Below are positions 18,901-27,112 of a stretch of DNA of 64,000 nucleotides, piece after piece. This DNA is from a virus (lineage: Duplodnaviria; Heunggongvirae; Uroviricota; Caudoviricetes). The translations under genes were made by a program, and so were the position numbers. Below the pieces are notes generated by a model that was not told the origin of the DNA, searched no databases, and saw nothing but the letters and a program-made list of their open reading frames with translations. The DNA is taken from the IMG/VR virus record IMGVR_UViG_3300036768_001066; one strand, 5' to 3'. Every line of letters starts with the position of its first letter. The stretch's first letter is position 1.

Positions 18901-19809
18901 ATTTGTGTATCCTGATTTTTTGGTAACAAAATACGCATATCTGTCATGACCATTTTGTTTAATGCACACATCATGTGCTTCGCATACTTCGTTGTTCAGG
19001 TATTCTACTATTTGTGAGTCGGCGCTGGCCACATTTAGATACTTATTTGACATGCAGCCATCTCCGAGCATAAGTCCGAGAAAATATGGGTCTATATTAA
19101 AATCTGCCTCGGGAAAATTTACCGGTTCAGATGTTCGGACAAACCACTTATAATCCCCGCGCTTTGACAGAAGTCCTTTAGATACTATCTCGCGTAGCTC
19201 CAGTGTTTTTTCGGTTCCATCTACGGTCTCTACTGTCCACAGGTGCTCGCCGCAAGACCTGACAGTGGACCCGTCTGAAAATGTTATATTGTATACATCT
19301 CGCTTACCTTGCGGGAATATGCCAACCACGCTGGTTAGGTTGCCAGAGGCATCGTATATTTTATCGCCTAAAAGAAGGTCGCCGAACCTTGCCTTGCCAG
19401 TAGATTTCCAGACAATTGCGTCCAAGGGCTGAGCTTTTCCCACCTGCCTTGGGGACAGGAACACGCAGAACCTCGAGTCCTGAAAATCCCTGAGTACGTC
19501 CTCCTGGTAGTCACGCAGCTTAATGTTCTTTACGCCTTCATCCGTCATGGAGAAGCAGTAGTTGTTGGCGAAATATATGACGTCCCTCGCGCAGCGCTGT
19601 ATCTCTTCCATCTCCTCCACTGTATACTCGTATACTATATTGGCAGAGCGCCACTCGGGCTTGCCGTCCCAGAATGGAGTAGACTTAACGTCGACACCCG
19701 CGTCTATGTTCTCGAGAAGCTCATTTACCTTCTCGGTGGTCCATACCTGCGACAGGTTCTTGACGTTCTGTTCCTCGTGCTGCTTCTTGTATCTGTTATT
19801 TTCTTCCAT
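15979..19809 (-). CDS. Terminase large subunit (T4 gp17-like) interrupted by two inteins; spliced product ~602 aa
   Basis: Exteins give Walker A SPRQVGK|TITTG, DNGCRLFG, Walker B FLYCDEFAHI, VVITSTPNGMNKFYDIYTAALEGK and a nuclease domain; closely resembles gp17. Confidence 0.9.
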   Translation of the reverse strand: MEENNRYKKQHEEQNVKNLSQVWTTEKVNELLENIDAGVDVKSTPFWDGKPEWRSANIVYEYTVEEMEEIQRCARDVIYFANNYCFSMTDEGVKNIKLRDYQEDVLRDFQDSRFCVFLSPRQVGKAQPLDAIVWKSTGKARFGDLLLGDKIYDASGNLTSVVGIFPQGKRDVYNITFSDGSTVRSCGEHLWTVETVDGTEKTLELREIVSKGLLSKRGDYKWFVRTSEPVNFPEADFNIDPYFLGLMLGDGCMSNKYLNVASADSQIVEYLNNEVCEAHDVCIKQNGHDRYAYFVTKKSGYTNEVITELKSLGLMGKRSEHKFIPEIYLYGSIQQRLSLLQGLMDTNGHVTKKSNVVFTTSSPRLADDVQQLCESLGIVVCRSVKETGYRKEDGTRVACLPAHRLKLMLPNGFAYPIFRLDRKQRLIRDKHYDWGRRRGIASVELDGHEDVQCIMVDNQDHLYLTDHFIPTHNTITTGIFLTWYLLFHSDKNLMVLSNTGATTIEIIDKIKVILQNLPFFLKPGIILNNQMTMKFDNGCRLFGRNTTKTAAIGFAIHFLYCDEFAHIHQNFIDPFWRSVYPTLSSSNISRVVITSTPNGMNKFYDIYTAALEGKNEFKPIRIDWWQVPGRDEAWMRREIGNLGSEEDFNQEYGCFTGDSLVTTIDGVKPIRDIHPGDLVLTHSNRYHKVKVVSERVYDGELHELYSYGNNRPIKCTNEHPIRTVLEGRRYEWTSADSIRTEDWLCYAKPLLKKSKVISEDMALLIGWYIAKGCARKSQVSFGLHKEETGFRDQILRCLATVSSGKVHVRVRDNSTEIIVNDADLVEFFVKNCGAGALEKKIPFELIAGHEQIVYDTLINGDGFYKNKTHDGYTTVSYTLAYQLQLLSHALGYTCSITFGNKSGIRKVVGRDVFANEAHQLRINKATSNNDNKKSRIRCHKLSVSGQVKAAKKYPYFGTVYNLEVEVDNSYFVEGRAVHNCQFLASSKLLLDHKTLGQVKRLTTEFVWHEITDLHNKEINYEHLKWHPKFNLDTIKDTDRFVFTIDTAGGGGGDYTILNIFKLVPMPEKMIEQQLTANDEGDFMSLLQVGMFRSNKAGVEDLQPIVETLLYDVFGEDAVKIVLEMDFKGNLLYERMSNHTKFYEDMFIHTKHSENAKRMLPGIKLNPKNKYEYCMEFRRLVRSGRIIPCEKNTFNELMSFGLDKKGSYSSQIGHDDIAMSMVNLVPFFSSDQYYEIVENIYDGLDEKYRTLITNKLTSTRDEPQKSYDSDFLSGLMS
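16873..17850 (-). other. Intein 2 in terminase (326 aa, LAGLIDADG homing endonuclease domain)
   Basis: Starts CFTGDSLVTTIDG, ends YFVEGRAVHN followed by extein C; LAGLIDADG motifs LLIGWYIAKGC and DTLINGDGFY. Confidence 0.8.
18391..19434 (-). other. Intein 1 in terminase (348 aa, LAGLIDADG homing endonuclease domain); inserted between Walker A Lys and Thr; first residue Ala
   Basis: Starts AQPLDAIVWK, ends HFIPTHN followed by extein T; LAGLIDADG motifs DPYFLGLMLGDGC and LSLLQGLMDTNGHV; removal restores GKT. Confidence 0.8.
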
Positions 19810-20806
19810 TGTACAAGTCTTCCAGTTTCTTTATCCTGGACTTCAGTTCTTTTATCTCGGACTCGAGCCACTCCTTGGTTGGTAGCTCCAGCATAGTGTC
19901 CACATCGTCCTCGGTTATCTTAGCTCCGACCGTGTTCTTTGCCGACCACTGCAGTCCGTACTCCATGTTGAACTTATCCTCCGAGCCGAGGTTGAGTATC
20001 TCATTGCGTTTCCAGGCCTCGTCCCTGCCCGGCACGAGGTTCCACAAATACCTCAGCGGCTTGAACTCGTTGGCCTCGTCTTCAGCTTTTACGAAGAGAT
20101 CGTAAAACCAGTTGTATCCGTTCGGCGTCGATACAACGATCACCCGGCAGTCCTTGCCCTTCGCCATGTGTGGTGCAATGCTCCTGAACACCTTATGCGC
20201 GTCCTTTATGAGTCCAGCCTCATCCATGAATATGAAATTTGTCTGACCACCAATCGGCACATCCGGAGTGGCGCCCTTTGCAACTATTCTGCACCCGTTG
20301 TCGAATTCTATCGACTTTGCGTTCCACGATATTATGCCGGGTTTCATGAAGAACGGCATACTTGCGTAGAGCGCTTTTACCTTGTCTATAAAAGCCGCAG
20401 CCCCCTCGTTATTGACAGTGAGGTACAGGAACATTTTGTCAGAATACGTGGTCGCATAATGCAATGCTATTATCGCCCCGAGCAAGGTCATGCCCATCTG
20501 CCGAGACTTGGCGACCACCACAAACTTATAGAACTCCGTGTGCTGTATGAAGTCTTTCTGGTAGTCGTAGAGTTTTATTTTACCAAGGGTAGGTGATAAT
20601 ACTGGCGAATTGAATCCGAGATATTCGACAAACATCATTGGGTCGCCTATGGAACCCATTATGTCACGCTCTTTATCAGTGAGATGAAAATCGAGATTAG
20701 CCTTTCTTAGGTTTACGTCGCCCCTGTAGTAGGGAGTCTCTTTGAACATGGAGTCATTACCATGCAGTTCCGACCTCAAAAAGTCGATAATTCTTGTGTT
20801 CCACAT
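19796..20806 (-). CDS. Intein-free paralog of the terminase ATPase domain (336 aa, no nuclease domain)
   Basis: AKSRQMGMT Walker A, NGCRIVAKGAT, FIFMDEAG Walker B, VIVVSTPNGYNWFYDLF...NEFKPLRYLWNLVPGRDEAWKRNE parallels the adjacent terminase exteins; overlaps terminase start by 14 nt. Confidence 0.7.
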   Translation of the reverse strand: MWNTRIIDFLRSELHGNDSMFKETPYYRGDVNLRKANLDFHLTDKERDIMGSIGDPMMFVEYLGFNSPVLSPTLGKIKLYDYQKDFIQHTEFYKFVVVAKSRQMGMTLLGAIIALHYATTYSDKMFLYLTVNNEGAAAFIDKVKALYASMPFFMKPGIISWNAKSIEFDNGCRIVAKGATPDVPIGGQTNFIFMDEAGLIKDAHKVFRSIAPHMAKGKDCRVIVVSTPNGYNWFYDLFVKAEDEANEFKPLRYLWNLVPGRDEAWKRNEILNLGSEDKFNMEYGLQWSAKNTVGAKITEDDVDTMLELPTKEWLESEIKELKSRIKKLEDLYNGRK

Positions 20807-20836
20807 GAACTATATATCGTCCAGAAATTATTTTTC

Positions 20837-21415
20837 CTATAGGGAAAAATTTTCGAGGAACATAAACGCGCACTGCCTGGCACTAAGACCGGCCGTTTCT
20901 ATGACCATGTCTGGGTCCTTTGGGACCTCGTACGGCGAGTCTATCCCGGTGAATCCCTTTATCTCACCCGCCCGGGCTTTTTTATACAGGCCTTTCGGGT
21001 CGCGGTCCTCGCACACGTCGAGCGAAGTGGACACGAATACCTCGAAGTAGTCCTTACCAATGATGCTGCGTACCATCTGACGGTCCGTCTCGTACGGGGA
21101 TATGAAGCAGGCGAATACTATTATGCCTGCGTCGTTGAACAATTTGCAAGTCTCGGCTATTCGCCGCAGGTTCTCCTTCCTGCCCTCGGGAGAGAACCCA
21201 AGCCCGGAGCACAGTCCCATTCTAACGTTGTCGCCGTCGAGTATGTACGTTGCGTAGCCACTCTCGTTAAGAGTCAACTCTATGTTGCTCGCTATTGTCG
21301 ATTTACCGGAACCGGAAAGTCCGGTAAACCAGATGGTCCTACCTCTCTGGTTGAGCACCATCTCCCGGTCCTCTCTCCTCACCAGGTGATTGTGTGGGTG
21401 AATGTTTTCTTTCAT
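20837..21415 (-). CDS. cysC: Adenylylsulfate (APS) kinase
   Basis: WFTGLSGSGKSTIA, LDGDNVRMGL, FISPY..DR, RDPKGLYKKARAGEIKGFTGIDSPYE match CysC nearly motif-for-motif. Confidence 0.85.
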   Translation of the reverse strand: MKENIHPHNHLVRREDREMVLNQRGRTIWFTGLSGSGKSTIASNIELTLNESGYATYILDGDNVRMGLCSGLGFSPEGRKENLRRIAETCKLFNDAGIIVFACFISPYETDRQMVRSIIGKDYFEVFVSTSLDVCEDRDPKGLYKKARAGEIKGFTGIDSPYEVPKDPDMVIETAGLSARQCAFMFLENFSL

Positions 21416-21679
21416 GTTTGATTCCCCAGTTTATTTTGTACCATACGCGCTCGTGCACATAGATAGTATTATTTTATAGTCTCGAACCCACTCACGAGCG
21501 CTCCGTACTTGAGCTCCTCCGTTATTATCCATGTCAGGAACAACATGTCGAGAGACCCGATATGCGTCACGTCACTGCCTTGGCGAAGTGGATCTACAAA
21601 TTCCCTCCCCATAGATGTTCTATGGTTAAATTATCATCAAAATCTATATCTCTTATCATGCCAATTATTATCTGCCATG

Positions 21680-22429
21680 TCACTTTATTATTTGTATTTG
21701 GGATGGGTCCCATACGACTATCTCGGACACCTCGTCTATCGGCGTCTTGTCTCCGTCCTTGCCGACGACGAAGATCCCGTCGTATCCGTTCTTCTGTAGT
21801 AATTCGTGAAAGTTCCAGCGGCCGAGCTTTTGGATAACCCAGTTGGCGAGGCCACCGTCAAATTCAACGTCGGCCCTCATATCGTTGAATCGCACCACAG
21901 CAAGCTCCTTGTACCCTTCAAGTATGTCCTTCTTGGCAGCATCTTCCTTTTTCAGATAGATGCTCGGACCGTACACCTCGTCGTCAGTGCCCCACAGTTC
22001 TTTTTTGGGAACAACTGCTATCTCGACCACTTCGTCGTGGTTTGTATCGCGTACGGTCAGTTCAAATCCTTCGGGAATCTCCTTGTTCGGCTTGAAGTAC
22101 GACGGCACGCCTTTGAGTTTGGATAGATCCTCTCTTAGGTAAATCTCCTCGTAGCTGCCAAGCATCGACCATGTGCGAAGATAGAACGGGTTTTTAACAT
22201 CGAGGTTTGCCTCGATGACGCGTGATCCGTACTCGCGGGCATAGTCCTTGTCAATGGTGAAATAGAACCCTCGTCCATAATAACCCTCGTCGGTCTGCCC
22301 CATATATGAGGCGTCGAACTTGTCGAACTTGGAATTGGTGCCGTGATACACGGTCAATAGTTGTCCGTTCTTCGATACCTTAGAATTATCGAAACTCCTG
22401 AACTCGTTTATGTCCCTCAGGTGCTTCAT
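21680..22429 (-). CDS. PARP-like ADP-ribosyltransferase (H-Y-[E] class catalytic core)
   Basis: VYHGTNSKF ... YGRGFYFTIDKDYAREYG parallels the PARP LLWHGSR ... FGKGIYFAD ... S..Y signature. Confidence 0.5.
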   Translation of the reverse strand: MKHLRDINEFRSFDNSKVSKNGQLLTVYHGTNSKFDKFDASYMGQTDEGYYGRGFYFTIDKDYAREYGSRVIEANLDVKNPFYLRTWSMLGSYEEIYLREDLSKLKGVPSYFKPNKEIPEGFELTVRDTNHDEVVEIAVVPKKELWGTDDEVYGPSIYLKKEDAAKKDILEGYKELAVVRFNDMRADVEFDGGLANWVIQKLGRWNFHELLQKNGYDGIFVVGKDGDKTPIDEVSEIVVWDPSQIQIIK

Positions 22430-22540
22430 TTTTTACAGTAATTACATATAGACATCTCAGGCACAAGTGCATGGCATCGTCTCCGTGGCTCTGGAAGGCG
22501 ATCCCGACATGCACGGTGGTTCCGCACTTCGCAAGGTATT

Positions 22541-23365
22541 TTATCCGAAGTATTCATCATCTAAATCAAAGTGGTCCTCGTCTTCGTTCTTATTTGCGTC
22601 CTTGTCCTTCGGTGTTACGTCAGCCAGAGGGTTGACTGGCCTTGCTCCAGGATCGGTCAGGCGCGGTTTCTCCTCCTTCTTGTATTCGAACTTGGCGTCC
22701 TCGATAAGCTTGGTCTGTATGGTCTCCATGAGGTTCTTCGTGCCCCTTACCTTCACCGGTCCGTCAAGCTTGTCTATAGTTTCCTCCTGTGGTTTGGCAT
22801 TGCGCATCTCCTCAACCACAGTATTGTCGTGCTGCTGCTTCTTGTAACCCTCCTCGAGAGTTACCATGTATGCGGCCTGGTGCTTGATTGTCGACATCAA
22901 CTGATTGTTGAGCGTGGCGAGCGCCTCGAAATTTCTCGGGTGCGTGTTGCCCATGTCTATGTCCTCGAGCAGCTTTATCATGGCCAGCTGCGTGAACTTC
23001 AGGGAGAACATTATCGACGACAGCGCCATCTCGTCTATCTTCTTCTTGGCGAGAACGTAGTCGTTCTTCTTTATGTACTTCTGGTCAACGTAGAACTTCA
23101 TGACCGAGTTGAGCACCTTCTTAGCCTCCTTCTCCAGCTGCACGCGCTCGGCATGTATGTTCATGGGCTCGGAGTTCGGGTGGTCAATCTTGTCGAGCGT
23201 ACCGTCCGGATCTCCGTCAAGGTCCATACCCTTGACCTGCTTGACCGCGACCGAGTTCGGGTTGGCATTCGCCGGCGACTTGGGCGTGGTGTTGACCCCC
23301 ATGTTGTTCATGATGGCCTCAAGGTTCGCCTTGATCTTCTCCTGAACATCTTTCTCTTTACTCAT
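22541..23365 (-). CDS. Hypothetical acidic protein (274 aa)
   Basis: ORF track. Confidence 0.5.
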   Translation of the reverse strand: MSKEKDVQEKIKANLEAIMNNMGVNTTPKSPANANPNSVAVKQVKGMDLDGDPDGTLDKIDHPNSEPMNIHAERVQLEKEAKKVLNSVMKFYVDQKYIKKNDYVLAKKKIDEMALSSIMFSLKFTQLAMIKLLEDIDMGNTHPRNFEALATLNNQLMSTIKHQAAYMVTLEEGYKKQQHDNTVVEEMRNAKPQEETIDKLDGPVKVRGTKNLMETIQTKLIEDAKFEYKKEEKPRLTDPGARPVNPLADVTPKDKDANKNEDEDHFDLDDEYFG

Positions 23366-23856
23366 GGCTTCAATTTTATTAGTGTTTCGTGACCGTCCGC
23401 ATTCGTGAACCGCATCAAATCTATAGTAATTTTAGGCATACTGAATGCAAGATTACTGTACTTCCATCCTGTGCCTTTATTTATATATGCTATCGTCATG
23501 TGAGGATTATACTCATGGTCGATTGTGCATGGGAACTTCTTCTTTATCTTGTCGTGGTACGTGTGCAAAACCTTACAGTTAACGCCGAACTTCAGCACGT
23601 CGAACCTCGGGTCCGAGTCGAACAAACTGACCGGCAAGAACTCTATTTCTGTCTGCCTGCATATAGTATCCAGATACAGCATCATGTCGAGCGGATTCTC
23701 CACTTGGTGCACGCCGTATAGGACTGTTATGTGAGGATATAAGCTAAGCCCATGGTCACCGTCCGGATCGTAAACATCGTCTTGATCTACGTGCATTAGT
23801 ACCTCGGACCATCCCCTCAAGGGGACGTTTAACATAACACATCCATATTGTCTCAT
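23362..23856 (-). CDS. 2H phosphoesterase (LigT / cyclic phosphodiesterase / Acb1-like)
   Basis: Two H-x-T-x motifs: PHITVLYG and PHMTIAY. Confidence 0.65.
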   Translation of the reverse strand: MRQYGCVMLNVPLRGWSEVLMHVDQDDVYDPDGDHGLSLYPHITVLYGVHQVENPLDMMLYLDTICRQTEIEFLPVSLFDSDPRFDVLKFGVNCKVLHTYHDKIKKKFPCTIDHEYNPHMTIAYINKGTGWKYSNLAFSMPKITIDLMRFTNADGHETLIKLKP

Positions 23857-23956
23857 TATGATATGTTCCTTGCATTTTCAAGTATGTTAACAAGTTTCAT
23901 CAGAGGATATATCAAGAATATGTTCTTGATCGTCTCGAAGAATACTTTGGGTTCCT

Positions 23957-24573
23957 TCAGATCCTCGAATCTTGTCTTTCAGCTCCTCCGGAGCGAAGCT
24001 CTGTGCCTCGTTCATTGAGAATATCTGGAAAGTCATCATCCGTTTTATTTATATATCCATCTATGACGCTATTATTCTTATTGATATAGGTCTGGTACGA
24101 GCTGCCGAAAATTAACTTGCACATGAGGTTGTGCGCTATCGCGCGCAGCATCTTATCGTCCATCCGGTTGTCGTGCAGCTTAGGTGGTGGTTTCTTCGCC
24201 CAGTAGAACCCTTGTAGTCGGATAGGACGTACAGCAGACCTGCGTACTCAGGAACCTCCTCTACCTTGACCAGGCCCTCTGGAACGAGGTACGTGAAGTA
24301 GTTGGGTATGAGCACGTACGTTTCTGTTTCGTCGGTCTTCTTCCCGCGAACACATTTGCTGTATGTCTTTGTGGCTTTGCGCGCCAGTAGCAATTTGTGC
24401 TTGTGTTCTTTCTCGAAATCCTTCCTGAAGTCAGACCTGCTTATCTTTCGCACTCGGACAAGCCCTGACACGTGAAATTCGCTACTATCGGCGAATACCC
24501 CTTGAGGTACAGGTCCATCATGATGCTGGCCTGGATGTTCTTTGACTCTGGGGTAATAAAAAGCCCAGATCAT
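23957..24573 (-). pseudogene. Frameshifted/decayed gene region (ORFs 24136..24573 and 23957..24163 join after a 1-nt shift; region 24574..24800 fragmented)
   Basis: Reading ...LSDYKG then FYWAKKPPPKLHDNRMDDKMLRAIAHNL continues in another frame; no intact long ORF. Confidence 0.35.
24049..24058 (-). promoter_or_regulatory. Promoter-like motif GGATATATAA inside the decayed region upstream of the 2H phosphoesterase gene
   Basis: Same recurrent motif. Confidence 0.3.
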
Positions 24574-24810
24574 CTGGACTTCTATTTATCGTACGTACGT
24601 TTATGATTTTTATGATGGAGACATCCACGCCTCATTTTCGCGCGTATCATTCCAATGGGAGAGCTTGAATATGTTCGAGCCCATCTTGTAGATGCCGCCC
24701 TTTAGTACCTCTTTCCGTGACCTTTAAGTCGATGTCACAAATAGTTCTTTCATTGTGGAGGTCGGCCTTGGCTCTCCTATGGTTTGTTTTTTCATTGGCG
24801 TATTAAAAAT

Positions 24811-24833
24811 GGAGGGGGACTTCCACCCCCTCC
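24811..24833 (-). terminator. Rho-independent terminator
   Basis: GGAGGGGG-TGGAAGT-CCCCCTCC hairpin then ATTTTTAA on minus strand. Confidence 0.6.
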
Positions 24834-24841
24834 GTTATTAC

Positions 24842-25723
24842 TTAGTTAAGGATTTCAAGGATCTTGTTGGTCTCGCGCTCGATCTCCCCTGCGTCCAAGC
24901 TTCTCCAAAGCTCGGTGTAGCAGTTGAATACCTTCCAGCTGTCCAATGGAGTGTCCAGCGTTTCTTTGGTCATTTCATTGAAAGGTACTTTGATGCCTGT
25001 GATGAGCGCGTCCTCCTTGGTGCCGATTCTGTCGGTCTTCGAAGAGGCCATCTTGTCGACAAGCAACTTCCAAATGGTATCGTTGCCCTTCTTGCCGATT
25101 TTGTTTACCAACGAGTCGGACAACTCGCGCACCGTGATGGTTTTGCCACCAATGCTTTTTAAGCGCTTGATTGTTTTTGTAACGTCAAGCTTAGGCAATT
25201 GCAGCATGAACGCCTTCAATTCCTCGTTAACGTTATTAGTCGTCAGGTGTTTCACCCGGAACGATGATCCCTTGTAAGTCATCACCGCACCGTTAGAGCA
25301 CCACTGGCGCATCAATCCATAACGGATTGAAAGACGCTTTGTACCGTCGGTGCTGTTTGTCAACCACACCATCTCGTGGAACACGTCCCCGTTGATCTTG
25401 TGCGACTTGCCGCGAAGCTTAAGCTCCTGGTACCCGGCTTTAACCGTGATGTTGTAGAACTCAGGGTTGAATATGCCGTCAATAACCGACAGCAAAGTTT
25501 TTACCGCATCATTGAAGTCTACGATTTCGTAGATCTTGCTCGGGCGGAACTTAGATACGATGTTGCCCTTGTCGCGGGTAACGATTACTCCGCCTTCCTT
25601 CTTAACAGAGATCATCGCTGTTCTGTCGAGGATTGCCTTCTTATTGTAAGGCTCGTTGGCTGCTAATTTGCCGACTACTTTTTCGTGCGCTGGTGTCAAC
25701 GCTATTTCCATTGTTCTTGTCAT
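24842..25723 (-). CDS. Hypothetical protein (293 aa)
   Basis: ORF track; strong terminator hairpin just after stop. Confidence 0.55.
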   Translation of the reverse strand: MTRTMEIALTPAHEKVVGKLAANEPYNKKAILDRTAMISVKKEGGVIVTRDKGNIVSKFRPSKIYEIVDFNDAVKTLLSVIDGIFNPEFYNITVKAGYQELKLRGKSHKINGDVFHEMVWLTNSTDGTKRLSIRYGLMRQWCSNGAVMTYKGSSFRVKHLTTNNVNEELKAFMLQLPKLDVTKTIKRLKSIGGKTITVRELSDSLVNKIGKKGNDTIWKLLVDKMASSKTDRIGTKEDALITGIKVPFNEMTKETLDTPLDSWKVFNCYTELWRSLDAGEIERETNKILEILN

Positions 25724-25786
25724 GTTTTAATTGTTTTAATTGATTAACATAACAAAGATAGCAACTTCCTGGGAACTATAATACAA

Positions 25787-25954
25787 CTACCCGAAGAAAT
25801 TTCCAACATTTCTCAGGCAATAGTGTCCTATTATATGGGCTATCTGCTTGTGGAACCAGCAGCGCTTTATATTGAGATCCTCAGCCATCTTGTGAAGGTT
25901 CTCTATGCTGTACGACAACACCAGGTGTCTCTTGTTATCGCAGTAGAACTCCAT
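25787..25954 (-). CDS. Small conserved phage protein (55 aa; MEFYCDNKRHLVLSYSIENLHKMAEDLNIKRCWFHKQ...)
   Basis: Internal ATG of ORF 25787..26215, whose upstream part is an RS-rich artefact overlapping the next gene. Confidence 0.35.
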   Translation of the reverse strand: MEFYCDNKRHLVLSYSIENLHKMAEDLNIKRCWFHKQIAHIIGHYCLRNVGNFFG

Positions 25955-26033
25955 ATTCTGAAAATAAAAACCCCGCGATAGTGCGGGGGCTGCCGGTCGA
26001 TTTATGCATGACCTAAGCATGGAGGCATATATC

Positions 26034-26549
26034 CTACCTGAGCAGCATGTCAGCTGCGCAAGTCGAGGCCCATGCCCAAGGCTTGGCCTTGACGATGTAA
26101 CCCGAACCGGAGAAGAATCCAGTGGCGGCGTTGTACACCAGGTGCGAGCCCTCGTGCGGGTCCGGGTTGATGTCGACGTGGGTTTCGACCAACTTGTACC
26201 CCGGCTTACGTGCATACTCGTACACGCCAGACTTCGTCAGCTCTGTCTCGAGGTACTCGGCCACTTCAAATATACGCTCCACCTCGCCCCAGATCTTCAT
26301 GAATATCTCGTCTGGAGTCTGCAGCTTCTTAGGCGAACTCTTCTTGACCGAATCCTTGTAAAACAAAAAGTGCGCTCCCTTGCCCTCGTGGCGCAATAGA
26401 ACGACAGTACAGTACCTCAGGTACCATCCAGAATCGGCCGCGTCACAGCCTACCATTATTGTTACATCCTTGTGGAGAGATACGTAGTCCTTGACGTATG
26501 CTGCCAGATCCGGCACTTGCTCCTCTCCAAACTTCTTAAACACTTTCAT
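26034..26549 (-). CDS. Hypothetical protein (171 aa)
   Basis: ORF track. Confidence 0.5.
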   Translation of the reverse strand: MKVFKKFGEEQVPDLAAYVKDYVSLHKDVTIMVGCDAADSGWYLRYCTVVLLRHEGKGAHFLFYKDSVKKSSPKKLQTPDEIFMKIWGEVERIFEVAEYLETELTKSGVYEYARKPGYKLVETHVDINPDPHEGSHLVYNAATGFFSGSGYIVKAKPWAWASTCAADMLLR

Positions 26550-26776
26550 ATTCCTATGCTTGTTTTGGAGAGAAATTCGAGGGTCTCTCCTACCCTCTTA
26601 TATTCCTATCGGGTGTGACCGATAGATCGTGCGCCGCCCCCAGTGAGCGATACGCAATACGAAGTCGCGCGCAAAAACGCAGTCTACGCCACTTTGATTT
26701 GATAGCGCGCTCATATTGTTTTTTCGTCAACGATTCCATCCTGTATTCAGGTTCAAAGTTCATAATCTATTTATCT

Positions 26777-27088
26777 TTAGAACAACGTCGCAGGTAAACC
26801 TTTTTCGAGTTTATCCACGTATTTTTTTAAAATATCCCCATGACAAGCCTTGGGTTTGCACCAGCACACCAGGGTCTTTCCCTTCAGTTCGTGCAGGGAT
26901 TCCATCAGCGAGGGATTCGATAATAGGTACTTCTCGTACTTCTCGAGCGCTTCCTTCCTTGACGCAACCCTGAACTCGGCGAGCGTTCCCTCCCTGTGCG
27001 AATACGGGTTGCCAAATTTTGTAGGTCTCCCGATATACACAAAATTTGATTCGTCACCTTTATCTTTTATATTTATTACTTTACACAT
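26777..27088 (-). CDS. DUF4326-like protein
   Basis: VYIGRPTKFGNPY ... CWCKPKACHGDIL resembles the DUF4326 signature. Confidence 0.5.
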   Translation of the reverse strand: MCKVINIKDKGDESNFVYIGRPTKFGNPYSHREGTLAEFRVASRKEALEKYEKYLLSNPSLMESLHELKGKTLVCWCKPKACHGDILKKYVDKLEKGLPATLF

Positions 27089-27112
27089 ACGTACACTTAA
27101 ATCCTTGTAGAT

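Noticed and set aside
25787-26215. Upstream part of ORF 25787..26215 (RS-rich, MHVSRGTSWSKPTSTSTRTRTRAR...)
   Set aside because: It is a low-complexity antisense-type translation overlapping gene 26034..26549; only the C-terminal 55 codons look protein-like.
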